This document shows, piece by piece, positions 29,089-39,234 of a stretch of 64,000 nucleotides of DNA. Below the pieces are notes generated by a model, which made no database searches, had not been told where the DNA came from, and was given only the letters and a program-made list of their open reading frames with translations. A program made the position numbers and the translations under genes. The stretch's first letter is position 1. Each line of letters begins with the position of its first letter. The stretch comes from Promethearchaeota archaeon Loki_b31 (GTDB taxonomy: Archaea > Asgardarchaeota > Lokiarchaeia > Sigyniarchaeales > SOKP01). The stretch is taken from the NCBI GenBank assembly GCA_005222975.1, contig NJBI01000010.1, positions 1 through 64,000 of the forward strand, given 5' to 3'.

Positions 29089-29646
29089 CTATTTAAAATT
29101 ATTTAATATTTGAATGGATAAACTTTCAAATGCCACATCCACATTTTCATTAAGTTTAGCGGAAGTCTCAAAATATTCTACTCCAAGCTTATTTACCCTT
29201 TCATCGATAAGAGACTGGTCAATTTTCCTTTCAAGGTCTAATTTGTTTCCAACTATTATGTATGGGACATCACCGCTTAATTCCTTCAATTTAGAGAGCC
29301 AGAAGTTTATACCCTTGAATGATGATAATTCATTTAAATTGAAAACAATCATAGCCCCGACCGCTTGAACAAAATAGTATTCGTTGCTAAAAAGTTTATC
29401 TTGTTGACCTCCTATATCCCAAAAATATAGTTTGAAGCCCTTTTCTTTAATATCCTTCTTCAATTCAGGGTTTTCTAATTTTAATTTATCAATGACTTTG
29501 CTCAAATCAATCTCTTTAATTAAAAAATTTGCACCAAGAGTTGGAACTGATTCTTCGCTAAATTTGCCATCTACATATCGAGATAGTAGGCTCGATTTCC
29601 CCACAGAAGGGTCTCCACACAAAATCACTTTACCACGATATGACAT
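29089..29646 (-). CDS. Rab-like small GTPase
   Basis: GDPSVGKSS, PTLGANF, WDIGGQ, GNKLD, ETSAK. Confidence 0.95.
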   Translation of the reverse strand: MSYRGKVILCGDPSVGKSSLLSRYVDGKFSEESVPTLGANFLIKEIDLSKVIDKLKLENPELKKDIKEKGFKLYFWDIGGQQDKLFSNEYYFVQAVGAMIVFNLNELSSFKGINFWLSKLKELSGDVPYIIVGNKLDLERKIDQSLIDERVNKLGVEYFETSAKLNENVDVAFESLSIQILNNFK

Positions 29647-29783
29647 GCTTTTTTACCCCTATGATTTTCAATCGTATTTGATTAACATTCGTGTTAAAAT
29701 TTAAACTTATTTTTATTTCAGTTTGTCCTTTTTATTCGTAATTTTAAACTTCTATTTTTATTGATAAATTTGATTAAATTTAT

Positions 29784-30638
29784 TTACGTTTGGTATGGAG
29801 CTTTTGCGGGAGTTAGCTTAATTTCTTTCGTTTCGGAACTAATAAAATGTTTGAATAAGTGTTCATAACCAATAATTTGGCTTATTTTACCGTTTTCTAA
29901 CCATATTCCAGATGTATATTCCGGAGCTTCTTTAACTTGATCAAGTGTAGTTATTAGAAAACCATAATCCGCAATCAATAAACCGAAAGGGATTACATTA
30001 TCGCCTTCAATTGAATGTATTTTAACAGAAATTTTTAATAATTTCTTAATTTCTTCTTTTAAATCCTCAAAATACTTCAAGGCAATTACAATTTCCATAT
30101 CGGATGAAAATTTTTTGTTCCATAATTCCTTTAAAATCCATTCATATCCTCCTAATTCTCCCATCAGTAAATCAGGCGTTATAATAAAATAAATCCGGTT
30201 TTCTGACGAGCTAATTAAATCCTTAATTTTTGCTCTAATTTTTTCTCGAGAATTTATTGCCCATACTCTGGGTTCTGATTCTTCTGTGTCGATTTCCAAT
30301 TCAGTTATGGCTTTTTCTAGGATTAATGTATCTTCGATTTTCTTTTTGTATCCTTCTCTAATAGTTTTAAATATTTTTTCAATAGGAATAACTTGGTAAT
30401 TTGCGCCCCTCTTTACCGGTTCTTTTTGGATAAAACCTTTTTCAATTAACCGGTTAAGACTATCGTATACTCTAGCACGATCGACTCCAGAAAATTTTGC
30501 TATATCTGCGGGACTTAAAATTTTATATTTGGCAAGAGTTAGTAAAACTTTGGAATCGTTTTTAGTAAATCCTAACGATTGTAGAGAGAGTTCGATTTCA
30601 TATTCTTCAAGCTTTATAATATCACGACTAAACGGCAA
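29784..30638 (-). CDS. TrmB-family transcription regulator
   Basis: LGFTKND..SGVDRARVYDSLNRLIEKGFI. Confidence 0.88.
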   Translation of the reverse strand: MPFSRDIIKLEEYEIELSLQSLGFTKNDSKVLLTLAKYKILSPADIAKFSGVDRARVYDSLNRLIEKGFIQKEPVKRGANYQVIPIEKIFKTIREGYKKKIEDTLILEKAITELEIDTEESEPRVWAINSREKIRAKIKDLISSSENRIYFIITPDLLMGELGGYEWILKELWNKKFSSDMEIVIALKYFEDLKEEIKKLLKISVKIHSIEGDNVIPFGLLIADYGFLITTLDQVKEAPEYTSGIWLENGKISQIIGYEHLFKHFISSETKEIKLTPAKAPYQT

Positions 30639-30824
30639 GATTGGAATCTAATTCTTTTTTTATTTCGTATTAAATATCTAATTTTGGAACTATTATTTAA
30701 TTTTTATTTTTTCAAAAAAAAGTTGACACTTTTATTAAAACATCTAATTATGCTAAATATTTGATGACATGCATAAAAAGGTACTTTAAGCTAAAAATCC
30801 TATTGTTTAAAACATAAATGTTAA

Positions 30825-30905
30825 TTTAATAAAAAATGAAGATTTCGAATATTTACATGATATTAAATCTTTAATAAAAAAAGAAGATTTCGAACTTTTG
30901 CATGA
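30825..30905. repeat. Imperfect 36-bp direct repeat (period 45) between divergent trmB-like and histone genes
   Basis: TTTAATAAAAAATGAAGATTTCGAATATTTACATGA (30825-30860) vs TTTAATAAAAAAAGAAGATTTCGAACTTTTGCATGA (30870-30905). Confidence 0.8.
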
Positions 30906-31177
30906 AATCCTTTTTAAAATCACATTCCAGTGAAATTAAACAATCAAAAAAAATTTATTCCCAATTTAATAAATTTTAAAAATTTATTTTAATAATGGTA
31001 TTTTGTCGGACAAATAATCTTTAGTAAATTTTAGATACATAATAAATAATTAACAAAATTTCCATAAAGTAATATTCCGAACCATAATATTTATATAATA
31101 GAAAATCGTAGTTATTATTAATTATAAATTTAATTTAAAACAGTTCAATTCAAAAAAAATTAGTGGAGGAATAAATC

Positions 31178-31408
31178 ATGGCAAAAAAAGCCCCAGCAAA
31201 AAAAAGCGATAGTTATATTGCAAAAGCTCCAATTCGGCGATTAATGAAAAAAGAAGGCGCTGATTTAGTTGCTGCCGATGCTCTAGATAAACTTATCGGT
31301 TTTCTCGAAAAAACAGCCGCAGACGCAACTAAAGAAGCTATTAAGATTACGAAAGCTGATAAACGAAAGAGAGTTACTGCTGCTGATATTCGAAAAGCTA
31401 CAAGATAA
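31178..31408 (+). CDS. Archaeal histone with short Lys-rich N-terminal extension
   Basis: KAPIRRLMKKEGA..VA..A..A..AIKI..ADKRKRVTAADI histone fold; GGAGG upstream. Confidence 0.93.
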   Translation: MAKKAPAKKSDSYIAKAPIRRLMKKEGADLVAADALDKLIGFLEKTAADATKEAIKITKADKRKRVTAADIRKATR

Positions 31409-31467
31409 GTGATTCAGTTTTTAATAATTTAGTTTTTATCTTTTTTTTACTTTTTTTCTTATTATAA

Positions 31468-32403
31468 TTAAAACGAGTTGGTTATCAATAATTCCTTTAT
31501 TTCTCCTCTTTTACTTCCATCACTATTTATAGCTCTTTTAGCGTAAAGGATGTTTATTTGATATTCTTTATATAAATCTAAAATAAAATCAGAATAAGAA
31601 TTACTCAACATTACCTTACAACCCCGTTCATCTAAATTTTTATATACATTGAAAAGCCTGATTTGGTCTTCTTTGCCAAAATTACTCTTAGTATAACTGG
31701 TAAAATTAGCAGAACGCGATATTGGAACATAAGGTGGATCAAAATAAATGAAATCATCTTTCTCCGCAAAATCTAAACATTTTTCAAATGAGTCATTTAT
31801 TAATAAAACATTTTTTAGAGCTTTGTGAATAGCAACTAAATTTTCTTCATCGCAGAATTTAGGGTTCCTATACTTTCCAAAAGGCACGTTAAACTGTCCT
31901 TTGCTATTTACTCTATATAATCCATTAAAGCAACAGCGATTCAAATATATAGTTCTTGAAGCCTTGTTAACATCTGACAATTTATTATATTCTTCGGGAT
32001 TTCTATCCTTACTCCGTACTTCGTAATAATAATCTTTTTCATTTTTGTGGTTTTTAAGGGATTTTATGAGTTCAGAAACATTATTTTTTATTAATTTATA
32101 GGTATTAATTAATTCTTTATTTACATCAATTAATATAGCCGTTTCGGGTAATAAATAAAAAAAGATAGCTCCGCCGCCCACAAAAGGTTCAATATATTTA
32201 TTGAATTCTTTAGGAAAATAATCGTTCATTTGTAGAATTAATTGTCTTTTACCGCCTACCCATTTTATAAAAGGTTTAGGTACATCTACGATAGATTTCT
32301 TCCTTCTATTTTGCTCTTTTTTAATATCAAGATATTGAATTTTTTCATCATTTTTTCGTAAAAAATTTTGCAATGATTTTTGGGTCAAGCTTTTTTCATT
32401 CAA
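31468..32403 (-). CDS. dam: Dam-like (D12 class) N6-adenine DNA methyltransferase
   Basis: KWVGGKRQL, EPFVGGG, YLNRCCFNGLYRVN..GQFNVPFG, DPPY. Confidence 0.92.
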   Translation of the reverse strand: MNEKSLTQKSLQNFLRKNDEKIQYLDIKKEQNRRKKSIVDVPKPFIKWVGGKRQLILQMNDYFPKEFNKYIEPFVGGGAIFFYLLPETAILIDVNKELINTYKLIKNNVSELIKSLKNHKNEKDYYYEVRSKDRNPEEYNKLSDVNKASRTIYLNRCCFNGLYRVNSKGQFNVPFGKYRNPKFCDEENLVAIHKALKNVLLINDSFEKCLDFAEKDDFIYFDPPYVPISRSANFTSYTKSNFGKEDQIRLFNVYKNLDERGCKVMLSNSYSDFILDLYKEYQINILYAKRAINSDGSKRGEIKELLITNSF

Positions 32404-32546
32404 CGTTAAAATTTCATTTTTTCTAATATTGTTAAATCAATTAAATCTAATATTTCTATTGATATCAACTATTTAATTAATTTTATTACGACATAAATAT
32501 CTTAAAATCAAGGATATAAAAGGAAGAAACCTTTTGGTTTTTGAAA

Positions 32547-33068
32547 TTATTCAAACTTCTCAAAAAATTCCTTATTAAGAAATTTATCAATATTATCCTT
32601 TAATTTTTTCCTGACGGAATCCAATCCTTCAGGAACAATTCGAGTTTTGCTAACAATATCAATGTATCCTAATTCTGAGCCATATCTTGGAACTAAATGG
32701 AAATGGAAATGTTCTATGCTTGCTCCAGCGTCTTTTCCTTGATTAATTCCAATATTATACCCCATTGGATTGTATAATTCATCAAGTAATAATTGTAAGC
32801 CTTGAATCGTTCTTGATATATGGACGATTTCTTCTTTCTTTAAATCGGTAAATTTTGTGATATGACGATTTGGAACGCACATGAGATGTCCGGGATTGAA
32901 GGGGTATAAGTTTAAAATAACAAAGCAGATTTCATCTTCGAAAATTTTTAATGAAACTACTCTTTCGTCATTCATTCTGATAGAGCATAAAATACAATCA
33001 ACATCAGGTTTTGCTTTTCCTTGAACATAATCTAATTTTCCTAATGCTTGTAACCATTTCTCGAAAAT
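32547..33068 (-). CDS. HIT-family hydrolase
   Basis: NLYPFNPGH, HFHFHLVPR; frame continues upstream through DCILC to an ATT codon after AGGTGA. Confidence 0.9.
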   Translation of the reverse strand: MFEKWLQALGKLDYVQGKAKPDVDCILCSIRMNDERVVSLKIFEDEICFVILNLYPFNPGHLMCVPNRHITKFTDLKKEEIVHISRTIQGLQLLLDELYNPMGYNIGINQGKDAGASIEHFHFHLVPRYGSELGYIDIVSKTRIVPEGLDSVRKKLKDNIDKFLNKEFFEKFE

Positions 33069-33097
33069 TACATTTCACCTACTCATCAATTTAATTG

Positions 33098-33628
33098 TTA
33101 TGAATATAAAGAGAAATCTGAAGTAAAATCTTTAGATTTAGAATAATCTCCGGGTTTGATTTTACCCATACAATATTCATTTAAAATCATGTTTGAATAA
33201 GCTGCACATGTAAATACCTTACGTATGCTTTTAAAAAAAGAATTTTTTGAAATAGTACCATCTTTTTTAAGGAAGATTTGATCGCTTACTTCGTATCGAA
33301 ATTTCTGAGTATCGATTCTAAAAAAAACATCACGAATTAGAAAAAATTTCCTCAAATCCATAAAAAATTGTAATTTTCTGTTATCTTCTAGAGCGTTTAA
33401 GGCATCCACTTGTTGAGGGGCTATTTGAATTGGGTTAGAAATTATAATTAAATCTTTATTTTTAGGTTTTAAAGCAACCATTTTTTGTGCTATAGGGCTA
33501 GGCGGGAATATAAATTGAAAGCCAAATTCAAGTTTTTTATCATCAATTGGAATTTTTTTTCTTAAAAGACCTTCATCTAATAGATATTCTTGGATTAGAT
33601 GTTTTATATTGCTCTCGGTATCAGTCAT
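33098..33628 (-). CDS. Conserved archaeal hypothetical protein (DUF2299-like)
   Basis: IQEYLLDEGL..FGFQFIFPP..IFLKKDGTISKNSFF pattern. Confidence 0.6.
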   Translation of the reverse strand: MTDTESNIKHLIQEYLLDEGLLRKKIPIDDKKLEFGFQFIFPPSPIAQKMVALKPKNKDLIIISNPIQIAPQQVDALNALEDNRKLQFFMDLRKFFLIRDVFFRIDTQKFRYEVSDQIFLKKDGTISKNSFFKSIRKVFTCAAYSNMILNEYCMGKIKPGDYSKSKDFTSDFSLYS

Positions 33629-33776
33629 TATTATTCGTAATCTTTGATTCGATATAAAACGTACAATTTTTAAGGGATGGATTAATTTCCTAATAATTAC
33701 TTAAATCTTGAAATTATTAATAGTAAGTATAAATATATCGTCTAACAATCAGGATTTAGACAATAATTTAATGGCT

Positions 33777-34268
33777 CTAATCCCAAAGTAATTTAGATCC
33801 GCATTTAGGACAAGGATTTGAATTAACGGGTATTAATTGATGGCAAATAGGACAATTCTCTGCAAGTTTAGGTTGCTTTGAGGCGCTTTGCGAAGCAATA
33901 GGTCTTGAATTATGATTGGGTGTGATTGAAATGGGAATATTCGGAGTAGTAGAACCGTATTTGGTTTTAAGATATTCGATGAACTCCTGCTCTGATTGAT
34001 TCATTTTCTTAGTTAAAGAGTTCCCACTCGTTATTATCATACACGCAACTACGCCTAATGGGAGGAATGTCATTTCATTAAAGGGTAATTCATTTAATAA
34101 TATCCCAACTACAATAAATAATAATATGGCAACACCAATTAACACGCCAATGAGGCTTGAACGGATCGATTTATTTGCCTTTTTTTTATATTCGGTGTAA
34201 TCATCATCCGTTAAAGTAATTCCATGTTCATTTTTTATCTTTGATACAAAGAGAGTCTTTTGTTTCAT
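33777..34268 (-). CDS. Membrane protein with C-terminal zinc ribbon
   Basis: Two hydrophobic segments; CPIC..CPKCG. Confidence 0.7.
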   Translation of the reverse strand: MKQKTLFVSKIKNEHGITLTDDDYTEYKKKANKSIRSSLIGVLIGVAILLFIVVGILLNELPFNEMTFLPLGVVACMIITSGNSLTKKMNQSEQEFIEYLKTKYGSTTPNIPISITPNHNSRPIASQSASKQPKLAENCPICHQLIPVNSNPCPKCGSKLLWD

Positions 34269-34495
34269 AATTTAGTAGTAAAATTGCAGTAATTTAAACT
34301 TATGTTTATAGAAAAGGGCATAAGAATATCATAAAATGGAGAAGAATTATTGGTGTGGTTGTGATTTAGAAAATGTGTTTAATAAATTATTTATCCCGTC
34401 ACTTAAAGAAATGTTGAGTGTGGATATAAGCGTTGGAAGGCAAGTAAAATATTGATCATAATAAAATAGTAGGAGAAAAATTAACCTAAATTAGG

Positions 34496-34858
34496 TTAAT
34501 ATTTACCTTTTGGTCTAGTTTGAGGTTGAACTCCTGCGTTCTTTAATTTTTCAATATTTTTTACTAAATCTTCTGAAGAAGTGCTGTAAATAACTTGTAG
34601 AGTGTCTAAATCTATATATAAGGAGCCAACAATCCCCAATCCCATCAATTGATTATCTTTATCTATAAAAGTATTATCAAGATTCATTTTAATCGCTTTT
34701 TTATTGCCCTCAAGCTCAACAAGTTGCGGTTGACACGCAGTGTACCCCGCTCCTCTATTTTTAATCACATAACTCATTATTGCGTAGTCTAATTCGTCGT
34801 TGATCTCTCCTTGCTCTTGGAGAATTTTTACCACATTTGGAGGGTTTTGCGATGACAT
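34496..34858 (-). CDS. Hypothetical protein
   Basis: 120-aa ORF with coding-like composition. Confidence 0.7.
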   Translation of the reverse strand: MSSQNPPNVVKILQEQGEINDELDYAIMSYVIKNRGAGYTACQPQLVELEGNKKAIKMNLDNTFIDKDNQLMGLGIVGSLYIDLDTLQVIYSTSSEDLVKNIEKLKNAGVQPQTRPKGKY

Positions 34859-34935
34859 ATTTATATAACTATATCATTTAAATAGAACTTTAAAGGGACA
34901 GAATTCACATTATGGATTTTGTTATAATAAAATTT

Positions 34936-35187
34936 TTATTTTTCAATAATAACTTCATCAACCGAGTGCAGGGCACAGTTCATGCTTTCTAAAATATCCT
35001 TTATTGAATCCAATGTAAGGGCTTCAGTACCTTTAATGGTTAAAAAAATTGAGGTTGTTTTTTGGTCTATCTCGTCTGTCTTAATCTGCACGTATGTAAC
35101 ACCCTCAGTTTCTATTAAGGTACGGCCGATCAGTTCGTTATCAGGAGTGTGTGGTTTCAAAACATCTAATTTGAAAGTAATATTCAT
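34936..35187 (-). CDS. DUF211-family protein
   Basis: LDVLKPHTP..EID..GT..LHSVDEV signature. Confidence 0.8.
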   Translation of the reverse strand: MNITFKLDVLKPHTPDNELIGRTLIETEGVTYVQIKTDEIDQKTTSIFLTIKGTEALTLDSIKDILESMNCALHSVDEVIIEK

Positions 35188-35264
35188 AATTTAATAAATT
35201 AAATATTTAATTAAAATTATTTCAATAATTGATTAAATTGTATTTATAATTTATTTTTATTAGT

Positions 35265-35960
35265 TCATAAAAATTTTTCAAGTGTTTCAATTAATTTAGA
35301 TGGAATTTCTTCTGGTTCGATAATTTTATTAGCTTTCTTGAAAAATTCTCTTTTCAAGTAATTTGGAATTTTAGTGTTTAAAGCGATAGAACGCGATCCT
35401 ATGTTAATCGCTGCTTCAATATCTCGCCCGGTATCCCCTATAACAACAATTTGATCAGATTTTACATCTATTTTCTCACATATGTGTTTTAAATGATCTG
35501 GGTGCGGTTTAAGATTTTTAGTATTGTCACGACCTACTATGACTTCAAAGTAGTGAAAGATACCTGCTGTTTCTAGTGAAATTCTTGCGTTGTTATGGGT
35601 ATTATACGTAAAAACAGCTTGTTTAAGTCTTTTCTTTTTTGCAAACTCTAAAACCTGGTCTATACCCTGAGTTAAAGTCGCTTTAATGGCAGCTTCGTGT
35701 TCGACTTGAATTACGGCGTTATTCACTTCGTTAATAATTTCTTTAATTTTTTCGGAAGAAAACCCTAATTCATTAAATATTACTCTGGAGATTTTAACAT
35801 TTTCTAAAATAGGCATTTCAATTGAAATGTTTTCCTTTGGTATCCCATAATCTCTTAATACTTTAATAGCCTTCCTTCGAGCTTTAACCGAGTTAATTTT
35901 AAAATGTATTAAGGTACCGTCCAAATCCCATATAATTGCTTTAATAGGTTTTTCGTTCAT
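35265..35960 (-). CDS. HAD-family hydrolase
   Basis: WDLDGTL, TYN, KPHP, IGDTGRD. Confidence 0.92.
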   Translation of the reverse strand: MNEKPIKAIIWDLDGTLIHFKINSVKARRKAIKVLRDYGIPKENISIEMPILENVKISRVIFNELGFSSEKIKEIINEVNNAVIQVEHEAAIKATLTQGIDQVLEFAKKKRLKQAVFTYNTHNNARISLETAGIFHYFEVIVGRDNTKNLKPHPDHLKHICEKIDVKSDQIVVIGDTGRDIEAAINIGSRSIALNTKIPNYLKREFFKKANKIIEPEEIPSKLIETLEKFL

Positions 35961-36545
35961 TTAAAATACCAAATCGGAATATACCGGCCCTGTAGGCGTT
36001 AAAACAGACTTCTTTAGTTTTACCTGGCTTACATTAAAAGGTCCAAATTCGAAATTTTTATTCTCGTTAATTAGTTTTTTTAGCACATCAAAAGTTTTAT
36101 AATTTACTTTATCCCTTCTCAATCTTCCTATCGTAAGATGCGGTTTAAATTCAGTTCTTTTATCTTTTTGAATTTTCAATCGCTCAGATAAGAGTTGTTC
36201 TATTGTATTTTTAATTTGCTGTAAAAATTGAACATCTCCAATAAGTTTTACCCATAAAACAGAGAATTTGTTAAATTGACCTACCCCTCTAAGACTATAT
36301 TCAATGGTTTTTCCTTGAAACATGCTTTTGTTTACATCTTCTTTCAAAATTTCATAAATTTTTGATGCCATGGATTCAGAAATGTTTCCCAAAAATTTTA
36401 CAGTCATATGAAGGTTTTCTGGTTCTACTACTTTAAGTTTAGGCTGATTTTGTTTTAATCGAGATGAGAAAGCCTGAATTTTCTCTATCGTGTTTTTATC
36501 TTTTAATTCGATCGCTATAAATGCTCTAATCATGATTACATCCAA
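35961..36545 (-). CDS. thpR: RNA 2',3'-cyclic phosphodiesterase (2H family)
   Basis: RAFIAI, NLHMTVKFLG, FKPHLTIGR, SVLTPTGPVY. Confidence 0.9.
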   Translation of the reverse strand: MDVIMIRAFIAIELKDKNTIEKIQAFSSRLKQNQPKLKVVEPENLHMTVKFLGNISESMASKIYEILKEDVNKSMFQGKTIEYSLRGVGQFNKFSVLWVKLIGDVQFLQQIKNTIEQLLSERLKIQKDKRTEFKPHLTIGRLRRDKVNYKTFDVLKKLINENKNFEFGPFNVSQVKLKKSVLTPTGPVYSDLVF

Positions 36546-36577
36546 ATTAATGTTAATATTACAAGTTTTTTGACGAT

Positions 36578-37540
36578 CTACCTTTCAATTTTGCCAGGAA
36601 GATAGAAATCATACTTTTTCTTAAAGACTTTAGTTTTAAGAAATCTATCAAAGCGTCTCACACTTTGAAAAATAACCCACATACTACTGTCACTTTTGTA
36701 ATATTTTTTAACTTCTTCTAATGTTAACGGTTCAATATCGAAATCAATTGCTTCTTCTTCGAAGAATTTATTGACAAGGTTAATCAATTCAGGGATAAGT
36801 TCGGGTTTTTGTTCCTTAAAGAAATTTGCGACTAAATCAATTGTAACCTTCCTCCAGTCGTAATATCTTCCTACAGTTTCTTCAAGAAATAAAGCTTTTA
36901 ATAACCACCTTAGAAATGAAGGGGCACTTTTCAAAAATAGGACTGCCTCCATCGCTTCGTTACCATTAACCCTAAACATTGGTGTACTCGTATCGAAATA
37001 CATTAGTTTTGTATCAAGATCAACTTTGGGATTGTTAGGATCGAAACCAATAATGGCAAAGTTAGATATTTGACCATCTAACCCTAAATCTATATTATTA
37101 TGGTTTTTACTATAATCCCACACTTTCTTCATTTCTCTCATTACAAGTAGAATTAAAGATTTAATGTCTTGATCGCTCAATTGATGAATTACCTTATGCC
37201 CTACTGATTCTGAGGGGAGTTTTTCTTGAACACAATAAAATTGAATTTTTCCCTCTTCGTCTTTAAACCATGCTACATCGTACTCAGGTAGATTTAGCCC
37301 CACATCTTCTTTTAAAAGTCTATTGTATTCGTTATATGCCCAAATATGTCTTTCGACTTGCGTTTCATTATCAAAAATTGGAATCCTTTTATAGGCTATT
37401 TGCTCTGGGTTATTCAAAAGCTCAAAAACGAGGCTTATTTCACCGTAACCTAAAATTTTTATTGGTACTTCTCCTTTTTCAGGATCAGAAGTATCAATTG
37501 ACTTTTCTAACTTTTTTAAAACTTCTATATCAATTTTCAT
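36578..37540 (-). CDS. Kinase-like conserved hypothetical protein (DUF6206-like)
   Basis: LGYGEIS, AYKR, GLDGQISN, YFDTSTP. Confidence 0.65.
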   Translation of the reverse strand: MKIDIEVLKKLEKSIDTSDPEKGEVPIKILGYGEISLVFELLNNPEQIAYKRIPIFDNETQVERHIWAYNEYNRLLKEDVGLNLPEYDVAWFKDEEGKIQFYCVQEKLPSESVGHKVIHQLSDQDIKSLILLVMREMKKVWDYSKNHNNIDLGLDGQISNFAIIGFDPNNPKVDLDTKLMYFDTSTPMFRVNGNEAMEAVLFLKSAPSFLRWLLKALFLEETVGRYYDWRKVTIDLVANFFKEQKPELIPELINLVNKFFEEEAIDFDIEPLTLEEVKKYYKSDSSMWVIFQSVRRFDRFLKTKVFKKKYDFYLPGKIER

Positions 37541-37714
37541 ATCTAATCAATTCACTTCTTTAATATTTAAAAAAATTAACTTAAATCTTTATAAAATTAA
37601 CTCAAAAGTTCAATATTAATATTTTTTAAAAAGAATTGATTCTAAAAAAATAATTACCTTTTTTTTAAATAAATAGATCGAATCTATTGTTAGTTTTGTT
37701 TATTTGAATGAATG

Positions 37715-37972
37715 CTAATCTTGTTTTGAATCATCCTTTAAAATAAAAATAAGACTCAATAATAAGATAAGTGCCACAAAACAAAAAAAAACAATTAGGC
37801 TCGCAATAATAAGAGATATCATTAATGGATTTGACATATTTATTATCCATGATATTGCTACTAAAAGCCAAAAACTCAATCCAAAAAGTATGAAAAAAAT
37901 AGTAAAGACATAAACAGAATGATATCGTTCTAATTTCTTTTCTAAATCATTAATTTTTTTTTCTAATTCCAA
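37715..37972 (-). CDS. Small two-helix membrane protein
   Basis: Two hydrophobic stretches; purine-rich SD-like sequence before TTG. Confidence 0.55.
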   Translation of the reverse strand: MELEKKINDLEKKLERYHSVYVFTIFFILFGLSFWLLVAISWIINMSNPLMISLIIASLIVFFCFVALILLLSLIFILKDDSKQD

Positions 37973-38080
37973 ATCTTAGAGCCCCCTTTAGTGTTTAGTT
38001 ATGTTAAAATAAGTTGAGTTTAAATAAAAGTTTTTCCAAAAAAATCTTGGTCAAGATAAAGAGAAATATCTCAGAATCAA

Positions 38081-39124
38081 TTAATATTTTCCAAATTTCT
38101 CTACTAAGGTTTTTGCAATTCCTAAATTTCTGCTTGCCATAGTTAATGGTTCCCAGGGCCACTCGCATCCTGCGGCATACATAAACATCCCACCTGGTTT
38201 TCCTAATTCGATTGTTTTTTCCACTTCGCTAATAACATCGCTAATTGAATAAGTTGTGCTTCCCAATATCTGTGTATTAGTATTTCCTCTAATACAATTA
38301 TTTGTCCCGATCTTCTCTTTAGCTAATTTTAAGTCTACTTGATAATCTAAATCTAAAATTGCCGCGTTTGTATTTGATATTAACTTAAGCATGTCTCTCC
38401 CTTCCTTATCTATCACCGAATTATCGCCACAAACATGATACAACACCGGAACATTACTCTGAATATTATCGAATAGTTCTTTTGTTGCCTTTAAACAGCA
38501 TTTTTCATACCGCATTGGACCAATTTGAGATATCGCGGAATCACCAGCGCCAATAATATTCGCTCCAACTTCGATCTGCATTTTAGCAAACTCTTTTTGT
38601 ATTGGTAGTATTCGATTTATGAGATCTCTTATTTTTTTTTCCCAATCTTGATGCTTACATAACATCAGAACATTTACCAAATCAAATAGGCAGCAAATTT
38701 CGGCAAAGGGAGCCTCTATCCATCCGATAATGCATTGTTCACCTCCAACTTTTTCGCTCAATAGTTTGACAGCGTTAACCCTATTTATTATTCTCTTATT
38801 TGAATTTAAATCAGGTATTTCGAGTGAGTCAAATTCATCAATTTTTAAGTAAGTTTTTGCTACAGGAGTATGACTCTTCCAATTTATTTCCACGCCCCAC
38901 GCGTTAGCTTCGCGATATGCGTCTGTAGATACATTCACATGATCAATTCCAAAAAAATCAGAGCATTTTGTTTGAGCTTTAGCCAAAATTTCGGGGTTTT
39001 GGCAGTATTCGCGATTATAATCGACATTGTTCAAGCTGGCTGCAAGGTGCATAATAAATGGGTTAAAGGGTATCTTCTCGGGCGTTCCATTAATCGCAGA
39101 GAGGGTTAATTCCAATCGGTTCAT
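38081..39124 (-). CDS. UroD/MtaA-family (methylcobamide:CoM methyltransferase-like) protein
   Basis: EANAWG, GWIEAPF, GDS, LYHVCG, GN, AGCE. Confidence 0.85.
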   Translation of the reverse strand: MNRLELTLSAINGTPEKIPFNPFIMHLAASLNNVDYNREYCQNPEILAKAQTKCSDFFGIDHVNVSTDAYREANAWGVEINWKSHTPVAKTYLKIDEFDSLEIPDLNSNKRIINRVNAVKLLSEKVGGEQCIIGWIEAPFAEICCLFDLVNVLMLCKHQDWEKKIRDLINRILPIQKEFAKMQIEVGANIIGAGDSAISQIGPMRYEKCCLKATKELFDNIQSNVPVLYHVCGDNSVIDKEGRDMLKLISNTNAAILDLDYQVDLKLAKEKIGTNNCIRGNTNTQILGSTTYSISDVISEVEKTIELGKPGGMFMYAAGCEWPWEPLTMASRNLGIAKTLVEKFGKY

Positions 39125-39234
39125 TTTCTATAGAAGTTCTATAAAACTTTGAAAAATTATTTATTTTCTTTCCAGAATTTTTTATTAATATTAAATTTGG
39201 TTAAGTTTTTATTTATAATAATTCTTTTTTTCTC

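Noticed and set aside
30825-30905. CRISPR array
   Set aside because: Only two imperfect copies with a 9-nt gap; no cas genes
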